64,000 nt of DNA from Bugula neritina (taxonomy: Eukaryota; Animalia; Bryozoa). The translations under genes were made by a program, and so were the position numbers. Below are positions 23,904-36,866 of the stretch, piece by piece; the first letter of the stretch is position 1, and each line of letters opens with the position of its first letter. The DNA lies in NCBI GenBank assembly GCA_964035545.1, contig OZ037766.1, positions 22,060,767 through 22,124,766 on the forward strand. The letters run 5' to 3'. Under the pieces are notes generated by a model that did no database searches, was not told the DNA's origin, and saw only the letters and a program-made list of their open reading frames with translations.

Positions 23904-26900
23904 ATGCCACCAACAAAAGAAAAAGTTTCTAACCAGAACATTTTCGTAGCTGTTCGCTGTCGGTAAGCAATAGTTTTAGTAAAAATTCACCTTTAAGCTA
24001 AAACTAAAAGTTGAAGATAATGTTGAAATTAAATTAATTTTTCATGAGATAACATTCTCATATACATTTTTGATGCATCAAAATAAAAGCTGTTGTCAAA
24101 GGTCTTTGATACAGAAACACACTATAATCTTCATATGATTATAATCATGATACTCATTCAAACACTCACAATTACTGTAACAAAAGTTGCATGGCATTCA
24201 ATGATTCATATAAACTTCTCAGTTCAAATGAAAAATAAAATGATAATTTCAATGATATTTCTAATTTAGAATTTGTATTTTTTTAAGCTCCAGCAACCTA
24301 GTCGAGTATTAATTTATTGCATTAGTTAATTATATAACAAAGCTAAGTTTAAATCAATTGGTTGAAAAATTTAGGATAACTTCTATTAAATGCTATTGAA
24401 TCATGTGTTAATTGTTACACTTATGATGCTTTTAGTCCGATGAATGATGCTGAAACCACAGAGAGGTGCTACTCTGTCGTTGAGACCGATTCAGAAAACA
24501 GGACTGTAATGGTGCGTGAAAGGCCCCAAACTGGATCATCTTCAAAGACATATACTTTTGATAAAGTATTTGGTACTAGAAGCAAGCAAGTCGATGTTTA
24601 TAATGCTGTTGTCAAACCTGCAATCGACGAGGTCATTGCTGGCTACAACTGTACTATATTTGTGTAAGCAACTTCTATTACTGTTAGTTTTCTTTGAACA
24701 TCTGCATTTTAAACACCAATATACTCTTGTTAGGTTTTTAAAGTAAATCTAATTTGGTTTTGTAGTTACGGACAAACTGGTACTGGGAAAACTTTTACTA
24801 TGGAGGGTGAAAGATCTGCAGAACACCTCCGCTGGGAAGATGACCCAATGGCTGGCATTGTGCCAAGATCTTTATCTCATTTATTTGAGACGTTGGAGTC
24901 AATGGTCAGTCTTAATATAACTGAGTGTGTAAAAGTGGAATGTTTTACTAATAAAATTTGTCTGTTGATATTATAATTGTGGGTATAATGTTAATAAAAT
25001 CTGTGTCTTTCTCTAAATGTTTTGGAATATCTAAACATTCAGATAATTGCAGTGACTCTGCTGCCAAACCTTGGTCAACTTTTAAAAAAGTTGTTAATAA
25101 ACTTTATGCCCCAAGACCTAGGTTATTGTCACCACCCAATTGCAAAAGCTAATAGAATAATTAAAAGCATATATATTAAACAAAATATATTGCAAAGTCA
25201 ATTTGGTTATATATACAACTCTGAGGTAGTGCTTGTGTCAAATTAGATATATTTCTGTGGAATGTATTGCTTTGCCAATATGACTAGACAGCCCCGCTCT
25301 GAGATACTGTTATAAGTTATATGCAACATAATATGATTTGTATTTTGCAATTTTTTCTGCGTTTTTATTTGCACAAGTACTGCTAGTAGAAGCAGGTTTT
25401 TGAAATACCAGGGCATATTTGTTCTTTTTTTACTTTTTAGGACTGCGAGTTTAGTATGCGAGCTTCATATCTGGAGCTATATAACGAGGAGTTGTTTGAT
25501 CTTCTTGGTGCCACCGAGTGTGATACAAAAATGAGGATCTATGAGGATGCTTCTAGAAAGGTTCTTCTTGAATTATTTTGAATTAGTCGTTGATATAAAA
25601 CTTATCTAGAACCGAAGTAGTATAGTGGTTAGAGTGCTGGCTCAGTAAACACCAGATCAGAGTCCAAAAACTGGCAGTGATAGTACGAAGAGCATTCAGT
25701 CATAATTGTTCCTGTGATACACATGAAAAAGTCCTTAGCCCACTTAAAAAACCTTTTCAGTCAGGTGTTCTCGAGGGGATAGTGACTATAAACTTGCATG
25801 AGATTAATGTAAAACTTATGCTACCTCACCTTTTATTATTACCTTTTTACGAATAAGCTCAATGTTGTTTACATTTTGACAAAAATAAGATAAACCTGAA
25901 ATATAAAACAACTACGATAAGCATTGAGTATTTAAAATAGCATTCTATAGAAACTTCTATAAAACTATAAACTTTAAATTCTATAAGTTGCAACTACAAA
26001 TTTAAAATGCTTGATTCGAGAATAACTTTTGAAAAGACATTTAATATGTGCTATTCTACATAATAAATAGAAAAATTCTCTGGGCTTCTCTTTATCTGGG
26101 AAAATACCTAAATGACCATGTGAAATATAGGGATCACAAATGAGAATTTCAAATGTTAAGTTATGTTCATTTCCCCTTTTTGAATGTTTTGGTAAATTTT
26201 TCTACGTTACTTGATGTTGAATAACCAAAACTTTCTATCATTCTGGGTGAGTGAACTGACTCTGCAGAAACAAAACTTAAGCTGGTGAAATTTCTTATTA
26301 CTTGACAGACACTACATGTTGTCTTTCCTAGAGTTTTAACTTAGCAATGTAGCAAATTCACTCGTATTGCTAGCATACCCCACCTCTGACTGCTACGTAT
26401 TTCCTACTGGCAATAACCGGAATCCTTTGAGTTTATATGTTTTACTGTGTCTATGTTGATAGGGCTCTGTGGTAATACAAGGTCTAGAAGAAGTGGTTGT
26501 GAGGAACAAACATGAAGTATATAACATCATGAAGAGAGGGTCCCAGAGGAGACAGACTGCGTCTACCATACTCAACGCTACGTCCAGCAGGTCACACACA
26601 GTGTTCACAGTCACAATACACTTGAAGGAAAACACTGTAGATGGCGAGGAGCTGGTGAAGACAGGCAAATTGAACTTGGTAAGTATTCACATACCAGTCA
26701 GCTCTGAGATCCACAGTTTTGTTTTTCATGAAATTTGGGTGTTGAAAAGAAACCCCTTTTTTGTACGGCAAAAAGTAAAAGAACATTTTTTTAAAGGCAA
26801 TGTAATTATGTACATTCTTAGGAGAATATACATAATTAAATGAAAACAATTTAGTATTGCTGTTTATAACAAATGCCCTATTCTATAAGCTGATTCTCAA

Positions 26901-29900
26901 AACATTGCAATGTTATCAAATCATATATGGGTCATTTTACTTAATTTAGTACACACTGGAAATCTCCAGTCTTTAGCTATTTTTCACAATTTAACTGCTA
27001 CTTGGGTTTTTGCTCAAAACTAGTAAAATATCAATAAATGCACCTAAATAATCAAGGTTCTTTTTAATTTTGCGTGATTTCCCATATTTTTTCCAAATTA
27101 TTCAGCTTTTTTTAATTGCGGGTTTTTCGTAGCGGTCCGCAATCAAAAATAGCGGAATAATTAAGAAAAGATGTGGGAAATCACGCAAAATTAAAAAGAA
27201 CCTTGATTATTCAGGTGTATTTATTAATATTTTACTAGTTTTGAGCAAAAACCCATGCTGATTAGCAGTTAAATTGGGATAAATAGCTAAAATCTGGAGA
27301 TTTCCAGTGTTTACTAAAGTAAGATGACCCATATTGTAAATAATAAAATGTTAATAGTTTAGAGAAATTGGTGTGAGTTATGAAACTTACTGAGGTTACT
27401 TGTCAAAGTTGGTTCTAGGGTAGTTTTATTGGTTATGATGAGACTTGAACCAATAATTTGTAATGTCATCGGATAAGAGCCAGTTCTGGCTGTATGAGAC
27501 TTGCTGTACAGTTCATTCATTTCCTAGCCTATCATTCTGCTGTGTATAACATAAATTTACCACAAGAAATTGAATCGTGATTTCTAAGCTGCTACAATAC
27601 TTGCTAATTCATTCACCATTGGCTAAACAAACTACTGGGTGTATATATATTCTGTTGTTACTCATCACCAATGTATTCTCTTTTTCTCAGGTCGATTTGG
27701 CTGGCAGTGAGAATATTGGCCGCTCTGGTGCCGTTGACAAGAGAGCCAGAGAAGCTGGCAATATTAACCAGTCTTTACTGACTTTGGGGCGAGTCATCAC
27801 AGCCCTAGTGGATAGGAAGCCCCACGTTCCATATAGGGAGAGTAAACTGACCCGCATACTCCAGGACTCTCTTGGGGGCAAGACCAAAACATCTATCATT
27901 GCCACCATATCCCCAGCTAACAGTAATTTTGAGGTGAGCCAAATTTATGTTTCATCATGATAAGCTGATCTGATCACATTGAGTTTAATAGCTCAGCTTG
28001 TTTCAAATTTATTCATTTTTCGGCCAGCTTTATGATCTGGCTATAGAAAAGTTTTCGTTCAGAATTTTGTAACATGAAAGATGTGTTGATTTTTTCACAA
28101 TGCCCATAATATTATATCAGCTATTGGAACAAACATGTGCACAACTTTAAATCCATCGAAAATTTTGCATAAAATTTATTTCTTTGGCTAAAAAAACTTA
28201 TCGTCAACACTGTTGTTTGCAGGAGACATTGAGCACTCTTGAATATGCCCACAGGGCAAAAAATATCCAAAATAACCCTGAGGTTAATCAAAAGTTAACA
28301 AAAAAGAATCTGATTAAAGAATACAACGAAGAGATCGAGAGACTCAGAAAAGATTTACAGTCGGCTCGGGACAAAAATGGCATATATCTCAGTGATGAAA
28401 ACTATAGGTAATAGTCGCTTCTCCCTGTTATCCCCCTCTGACAATACCTGCTTGGTTAATACAGGCAGCACCTATGTCAAAGCTATTGGTTTTTCACCAT
28501 AAAAAAGTTTTTAACAATTATTTTCGAATGGAAGCTTTGTATGCTTGCCGATATAGTAATATCAAAAGAGGTACTGTTAATAGAGAAAAATGTGCTATTT
28601 TTGTTAGCATTTTGTAATGTAAACTTACAGAGAAATGCAACATCAGCTGGCCTCTCAGTCTGACTTGTTAAAGACGCAAGACCATGATTTGCAGTCTTTA
28701 AACAAAGACCATGTGGAAGTAAGTCATAACAAGTTACCGTGTTTATTTGTTTCATGATGCATCATATCTAATAAGGTGTGTATTTTGGCCATGTCAATGC
28801 AAAAACCCCGGACACATTTTATAACGTGTAATGGTGTTTAGTACTATTAGACATGCATTGGTATCAGTTACTTGACTGCTTTTTATAAATTTTCTCTATA
28901 GTTGACAGATACATATGCTAAAACAGTGGACGTTTTGAAAGCCACTCAGGCGGATTTAGAAAAGACCTCCACGGAACTAGAAGTGACAAAAACTGCTCTT
29001 GAAAAAACTAAGAGCAGATTGGTAAAGGCCTACCAGCAGGTAGATGAACAGAGCTACTTGTTGGAATTACACAGAGTAAATGAAGAAAAGTTGACTCACG
29101 AGGGCACCTCGGTAAGTTGTTTCTCTATTTGGAAATTCCAGTTAGGATTTTTAATTGAATGATCTGAATTTATCATTTTATATTTTCAGTTACTGTCATA
29201 AAAAAGGGGTTCTATGTTGTTTTGGTTAATAAACGAAAATGCTATGTAATGTTGCTGAAATTTTCTTGTGGTGTTAAGGTGTTCGCTAGGCTCTTACTCA
29301 TTTCCATTGTAAATACCGTAGCTGCTGCAGACAGTTGACGTCACCGTAGATCACATCAACAGGTTACACTCTGCATCTGATCGCAGAAAGGAAACGGAGA
29401 GATCAAATTTCTCGAAGTTATCAGAGTATCGCAGTTCTTTTGAGGAGGAAATTAATCAAATGATGGAGTCTGTTCGTGGCCTCTGTGATAAACAGCATCA
29501 ACTTTCTATGGCATCAACATCAATCTTAGGTTGGTGTCACTTGTTGCTTCTCGTTTTTCAGCTGCTACATTTCTGTCACTACATTCTTTTGTAGCATGTA
29601 GGACAGGATATTTCAATGTTCTACTTTAATATTTTCAAGTGGGACTGAAAAGAAGTCATTTATTGCACCGCTTTAGGTGTTGTTTGTTGGTATAATGTTT
29701 TGTATTTGTATGCACAGGTGAGATTAACACAGCCTCTAAAGATATTTTATCATCACAAACATCTAATCTACAATCTCTAAAAGTTCTGGTAATGGCGGAG
29801 TCGGAAGGGCTGATTGAGGAAATAGTGAAGCTGCAATCAGCCGCTTCCTCTACAGCAGAACATATTCCAAAGATAACCGAGTCTTTTCAGGTATAACATG

Positions 29901-32900
29901 TCTCTTAGCTTCTATACTTACAATAGAGTTTTTTATTAGGGTGACATCACTCACGCAGGTTCTAACTGAATCCCCAGGGTATTGCAAAGAGCAAGTAAAA
30001 TTGTAATAACTTGTGGACTTAAAAATAGTAGACAAGACCGGCAGGTCTGTTGGTGCATCTATTCTTTCAACAATCTAAATTTTTTTGTACTTATCACCAT
30101 TTTTGTCATTTAGCTTTTATTGTTGATTACTAAAAGCCTAAGAATATATTCTGCAATGTGGGGACACAAAGATGCCTCTAAAATTATCGGTATGAACTCA
30201 GATTTTTTGTTTTTTTCATAGTGTATTGGACAAATGCACATATCTCTATGCTTGGCAAAGTGAGCATCAACGCTTCCACCGTAAAAACAATCCTCAATAG
30301 TGTAGAACATTGCTGGCTCACGGTTGTCTTCCTGTGTTATCAAGTCTCACTATTCATTTCACTATATATTATATATTATATATTTATTCAGGATAAACTG
30401 AAACAACTGCAAGAAAAGTTTTCTGGGATCATGCTAGTCAATATTCAGAAAGAGTTGACTCAGAGACAGAACAACTTGAAGGACGTTATTGCGGGCCTGG
30501 AAAGCAATAACGACAGCTTGGTAATTGAGATCACCTCAATATTTATATACAGTGATGTGTGCATCTGTCTATTTAGTATGTGCACGCGTACATATATACA
30601 TAAAGTTGTGTTATATGTATATGTTTTGTTATATATATTATCGACGAACTTCTATTGTGATAGCAATCGAGAAATTGTGTTTTGTGCAACTAAGTGAATA
30701 AATCCTGAAGAAGTTACTGTAGGCCGATTGACTTGTGTTTAATGTGAATTTATTTCCACTTTCTGTAGGTTTGTGAACTTGAGAAGCAGCAGCAAGAGTT
30801 ACTGGCGAAGACTGAAATGAAACTCTCCTCTTTTGCTGAAGAGTTCGCTAATGTGACGTCACAGATGCTCGAGTTAAAGCAGTACAAATCACAATCAGAA
30901 GAGGCTTATCGTCAAATAAATAACATTGACAAAGTATTACATTAATATGATGTTCTTCTGTGCTTGTAATAAAGTATTTGGGGCTAATATCTAATTCTTG
31001 CTTCCTCTAATGCCTTCAGAAATTACCCGAAAAAGGAATATGAATTCATGCAAAATAGCTTACATTGATTTTTTATTGTCACAGATATTTTAAAAGATAT
31101 GAAATTTGGGTTGTTATTTTTCCTATCCTATTTCACACTTGCAGGAAATAATGGAATTATCAGACAAGAGAAGACAATTATCTACTACCATGTATGAGAA
31201 CACACTGGCTGTAGACAGCAAACTCATGACTTCCATCAACAGCTGCCAGGATTCTGTCAACAGGTTTGTAATCTTGGTGGTGTTTGTCTGCTAGACGTTG
31301 TTTTAAATTTCTTTTTTATATATAAAAATATGTGACTAAAATAGCCATATGTAACACATGTCATCCAAGTGGGCATTCATCTTAGTCTTGATGTCACTGT
31401 TGCTAGTTTGATAGTATTAATAACACCGTAAATTTTGAACTATAGTGCATTACCGTGTACCTAAGTACCACTCAATATTCTTCTCACCAGCTTCTCTTTT
31501 TTAACAATGACCATTTGTGGAATAAATGGCCGTGACACAAGTCTACTACCTGTTGGCTTGTTGATTGTCATGGGATATGATGATTAGCTGCCTCTCTATT
31601 CTCTTTCATACCTTTAGTATGGCTCAGGCGTTCCCAGAAGTCCTAAAGCATTTCGTTGTGAAAAGTGAAAAAGCTGTGAAAACATCTAAAGAGGAAGTTC
31701 AGGAACACATGAATAAATATAGTGTGGAAAGTCAGGCTGTGGTTGACATCCAGAACCGCCTGAATTCGGAAGCAGAGGCTGTAAACAAGGAATGTCAGGT
31801 TAGTGCACCATATGTTTATCACAATACTCTAAATGTCCACGTTTATTTTATTGTTGTGCGAGTGTGTGTGTGTCTATACTCTATGAGTGCCTTTGGAGAA
31901 TTCATGTGCATAAAACTATTTGCTCACTTACCACCTTCTGCAGAATCTGAAGCCTTGAAACATACTAACTTTTGCCCAAATGCTTTTTGTACCCCAAACT
32001 TATGTCGTCTCACGGCCCAAGTATTTACATGCTGTTATATTCTTCATAGGCAGTCCATAATGCGCATGCTAAAATATTTGTGTATGCGTTATCCAGGCAG
32101 AGATGGCATTGCATACCAACTCCGTGACTTCTCATCTTAAAGATCTAGATCGCACAGCATGCTCAATCGCTGAACAAGCTAAAGCAACCAATCAGGTATC
32201 TATCATAATTATCCTCGTGCACCTGAGTAGTTGAATACTCTTTCACTTTTAGTAAGCCAAAATGGCGACCTATTGATTAGAAATACTAAATTTGCTAGTA
32301 ATATAAATTTACAACTCTATTATATTTTTAGACATTCATGGATTCTGTGAGTGCTAAAGTAGCAGATATAACTGCCATGCTCACCGAAGCTGATGCCGCC
32401 AGTTTGGCTGCCACTAATAGGCTCTCAGGCATCACTTCTGAACGAGCAAGTCTGCTGAGCGCTTACAGTGATGTAAGCGCTTTGTCACATAGAGATGCAA
32501 CCAACAAGTTAAAAAAGTTGGTCGTAACTGACATGAAAGAATATCAGTCTTCAGGTACTTATCTGCTGCTGATCCTATTAAACTATTCCTCTGTGATAGA
32601 TATAAATATTTTAAGTGGTAATTTGCTATAGGTTGTCATATTACAGAATGTGTACTAGTGCAATACTGCTGCTACTTTCTCAGGTGGAACACCTGCGAAA
32701 ACCAATTACGAGCACGTAACTGATATCACCCCAGCTCTTCCACGTGCAGAGCTTTTGGCTACATTTAGAGCTGATAGCCAGAGCTCAAAAGAAGACATGG
32801 CAGCCCGACTGGAACTACCTCTCACTGACAGTGAAGAAGACGAAGTCTCACCTGTTGCCATTGAACAAGATGAGAGTCATGTGAGTGAAAAGCACTTGCT

Positions 32901-33692
32901 AGCTGGTTTTTCACACTTATAATAATGACTTCACAACATAAACCAGGTGTTTGCTGGATGGTATTTATTTACAGGCTCATTAGTGTTAGCGAGGAACTGT
33001 TACTCAAAACGCAGTCAAGATTTTCAGTGATGAACTATAATAGTAGTCAGGAATATAATTTGTGTCTGCTTTTAAAGTCAACTAATTGAATGTTTTTGAC
33101 AGACAAGTGTAGACGATTTGAAAGAGAGTAGCGATAAAGAAAATGTTGCTGAAGCAGTAGGAGGCATTTCCACTCGTAGAAGAGGAGGTGGAATACCAAG
33201 ATCAAACAAAGCACCGTCAACTTCGAGTGGTTAGCACCTCTTAAACATATTTCTGTTCAACCTAAAACACATACTGCGCATGTTTTGGAGTCAAGTGTAC
33301 AGAATGTCAGTCATATTTGAACTCTTTATCTGTTCTCTAAGGAATTGCTAAGAAATTGGTTGTACTTGCTCTGCTATCTACTAATTTATTATCATAGGAA
33401 TTATTTTCTAGTTAGTTCTTTCTCAAGTCCAGTTGTCTACTGTATGGAGATGTCAGCAGACAATTTTTCTGCAACATTGGCAATACATGAGCTTTTATAG
33501 GCAGGTCTGTTTTACAGTGAATTCTTCCTGCTCTGTAATGGAATAGTTTTGTTTTCAGCTAAGACTTCTTCCTCTACAAGTGGAAAAGTCAAAAATCCAA
33601 CAACTAGCCGTTCGCAAACATCAAAGACTGTCAAGCGTAAAATACCTGAGGTGCCAGACCATCCGAAGAAGCAGTCAAGGACTAATCCTTGA
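23904..33692 (+). CDS. KIF11: Kinesin-5 (KIF11/Eg5/BimC), 1080 aa
   Basis: 20 exons: 23904-23962, 24436-24663, 24766-24904, 25441-25560, 26463-26678, 27691-27933, 28223-28407, 28631-28718, 28902-29111, 29322-29529, 29718-29890, 30392-30520, 30769-30933, 31145-31263, 31618-31798, 32097-32195, 32332-32554, 32684-32880, 33103-33229, 33559-33692 (3243 nt, in frame). P-loop [35 protein letters not shown], BimC box SGGTPAK and a KEN box are present; AATAAA at 33806. Confidence 0.96.
25612..25800 (+). mobile_element. tRNA-derived SINE (KIF11 intron)
   Basis: A-box-like TAGTATAGTGGTTAGAG; body homologous to 7305-7510. Confidence 0.7.
26929..27330. mobile_element. Palindromic (foldback) MITE with Sola2-type ends
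   Basis: Termini GGGTCAT..ATGACCC; 4-bp TSD ATAT at 26925-26928 and 27331-27334; ~190-bp arms around a short spacer near 27130. Confidence 0.88.
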
Positions 33693-33928
33693 ATTTTGTC
33701 GTGATTTCTCATATTGTTATTTTACAATGAAAATAATTTTTTATTGATTTTATTTTGGTTTTTTCTCAACACTAGTTTCATTATAATATTTTTTGTACAC
33801 TGTGCAATAAAGCTGAATTCATATTCTCAAAATTCTATCTGTTAGTCAAAATTTTGATTGAAGTTGAGTTCACATGTGCAGGTAAAAATGTTATTGGAGC
33901 ATTTTGTTGTACAGGGATGTTCGCAGTA

Positions 33929-34037
<109 letters not shown>

Positions 34038-34169
34038 GTCCCATACAAGTTCACGTTTGCATAGTTTATTATTGATTAAAAGAACCCACAAAAATACTAC
34101 ATCACTATGTACGACATTTTGGGTTAGTAGTAGTCTCTCTCTCTTCAAAGAAGTTGAGAGCATAACTAC

Positions 34170-34349
34170 CAATTTGGTCGGGGATGAGTATTTCTACTTT
34201 GATCTCTGACTTCGCATTGATTGGTTCTTGAGTTGGTGTGGGAGCAACTTTAAACTATTGCACACACGCACACCGCCAACTCGGAGCTGCTTATAGAACC
34301 ATTCTTTCGGGCAAACCCGCTGTTGTATATCGAACTGCATGTGGTAAGA
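34170..34349 (+). promoter_or_regulatory. Putative SHQ1 promoter and non-coding first exon
   Basis: CpG-rich patch, inverted CCAAT at ~34220 and donor GTG|GTAAGA at 34343/34344. A strong acceptor tttcttttag ends at 40580, 54 nt before the SHQ1 ATG. Confidence 0.45.
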
Positions 34350-34929
34350 AGATACTACCTTGGGAATTACTTGTCATGGTAAATAGTAGTAGAGATCAAT
34401 TGGTTACGCATACCACGCTGGGATGTATATCTAATTTTATTAATTTATTAATCATTATTTATTGATTGTTAATATAATTTTAAGTATAATTATAATAACA
34501 ACAATAATATTAAATAAATCAATAATTATAATAATAATAAACCACGCTACTTAGTAGAGCTTAGCACACCAATCTTAATCTACTTCTAGATTAACTTTAA
34601 GATTTACTTTTAGTTTTAGTCATTTTGATTTTGATTATCATTATCATTATGATTACGGTTATCAGTATGACTATGTCTACAGTATGAGTATGAACATCAA
34701 TATGACTCCATTGAGTTTCACTCAGCCTGAGATTCATTGTCATACTCATAATCGTCCTGATGCTCACAGTCATATTCATAAAGATAGTCATAGTCATAGT
34801 GATGGTGATAGTCATCACTGATTAGTGGTTACACTTACTCATTGCTGATTACTGAAGGTAAAATTGAAATTAAATTAAATTTAATAAATTCTATTAGTAA
34901 AAGGAAAACTAAATATGAATTATCGATGA

Positions 34930-35330
34930 CTGCTAGTACTACTACTACTACTACTACTAGTACTAGTAGTAGTACTACTACTAGTAATACTAATACTACT
35001 AGTACTACTGCTACTACTACTAATACCATTACTACCAGTACTACTACGTCTGCTGCTGCTACTGCTACTACTGCTAGTGCTACTACTACTAGTGCTACTA
35101 CTAGTAGTAGTACTAGTGCTACTACTACTAGTAGTGCTAGTACTATTGCTACTAGATAATAGCTAGTACTGCTACTAGTAGTGTTACTGTTAGGTCTAAT
35201 GCCAATGCCTAACCTAAGGCTAATGGCAATCCTTGTAGTTGTAGTACTAGTAGTTGATGCAGACTGTATTATTAGTTTTACTAGTGCTACTAGTAGTAGT
35301 AATACTAGTCTACTACTGCTAGGTCTAACG
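34930..35330. repeat. Degenerate (TAC/TAG)n trinucleotide tract
   Basis: Read directly; source of the Thr/Ser-rich and Val/Leu-rich spurious ORFs. Confidence 0.9.
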
Positions 35331-35608
35331 TCCAGTATAAATGACACAGGTAATAACAGTGCAGGTAATAGTGGCACAAATGACAAAGTAGGTAAAATGC
35401 CACATTTTCAATGTTTCTATTAGGGTTTGGGTGAGGGGTTTTTTAGTTTGGAATAGGGGGTTTAAGTGTAGCAATGAAATTTGAGTTTGAGATTGGGGGT
35501 TTGGGTTTCAAGGGAAAAGTTTGGGAAAATTTAACATCAGTATGCCATTTTTACCTACTTTTCCATTTTGACATCATTATTACCTGTGCCATTTGTACCT
35601 AAAATTAC
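35328..35608. mobile_element. Degenerate MITE with subterminal (GGCAC)AGGTAATAA repeats
   Basis: Inverted arms ~35333-35405 and ~35540-35601 with a G/T-rich middle; flanked by a 17-nt imperfect direct repeat TACTACT(G/A)CTAGGTCTA. Confidence 0.55.
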
Positions 35609-36866
35609 TACTACTACTAGGTCTAGTGGTAGAACTAGCAAAAGTGTTTTTATTGATATAAGAATTTCTTTGTCAAAGTATTATTGTAAGCATAACACAA
35701 GTCTTGATAATTCTAATACTAATAATTAATATCAATTCATATTAATGTGGTTATGAATATGCTTAATATAAATATTTATAGCAATAGACCATGTAAAACT
35801 CAGCCAATCAGCAAAGTGTACCAGGTCAATGTTCTACCATTGTAACTGATATAAAATTCTGCAAGTTCAATTGCAAAATGCATACTTCTAAAAGCTAGTT
35901 ATGCAATTTTTTTTTAATGCATTATTTAATTTCATATCTAAATTGATGACTCTTGAAATGATTTTTTAAAATGTCTAAATTAAGTGTTTATAAAATGCAA
36001 TTAAAAATTGCATGTCCAAAAAAATGACCTGGTACACTTTTGCAACTTAAGGCCAATTATTACATAACTGCCAGCTTAGTAGTTATTTGTTGTTGCAGCT
36101 TGAATGGGTTATTGTTTAGCATTGAAAGCTTGTAGTAAACCGCTGTGAATTTGGTACATGACTTTGATTGGCTGGTTTTTGAATGGCCCTTTAGTATATG
36201 CATCTGGGTGGCTGGGTAGTGTAGACTCCGCCTACATCTAGCTAATGTACAGTAGCCAATCCACAGTAGTATTACAAAATTTCTGTTTAACATATGAAAT
36301 ATTCTGGTCATTTATTTTGTACTTTACAATAGTAAATATTCTATTCAACTAGAATTTTATTGTATGTAAGCCATGGGAACTACTAAGAAGTTAAATCAAT
36401 CACCCATGCTGGTAATATTGTAGCTAGCAGTAATAGCAAGTCCACACCATATAAATATACACATAAGCTATTATGTGCAGCTTATGAATGTTGAAATGAC
36501 CCCATTTCTTACTTTCAATTTGAAAAAAATTGTATTGCATATTCTGCCACTTCTGCACCAAGAATGTGTTTTCCTTTTAAATTTTGAAAATAGTAGTCAG
36601 TTTCTGCAGCAGTCAACTGCATCCACAATAAACAACGTAAGCTTTAAAATAAACTATAAATATATGAAATATTAGTGTGGAAACAATGTAATTTATTTAT
36701 TGCTATGATAAAAAATTACGAGAATATAATTATATAAAAGCTAGATATAAATTTCTAGTAAAATGGCACAGGTAAACATAACACATTTTTACTTCAAATT
36801 CTAAATTTCATCAGTCACCAATAGTGGCTGTAGATTACAGAGAACACAGCAGACTATCATAATCAT

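Noticed and set aside
34835-35423. Thr/Ser-rich mucin-like and hydrophobic ORFs (also 49585-49863)
   Set aside because: They are products of TAC/TAG repeats that are open on both strands, with no splice context or domain.
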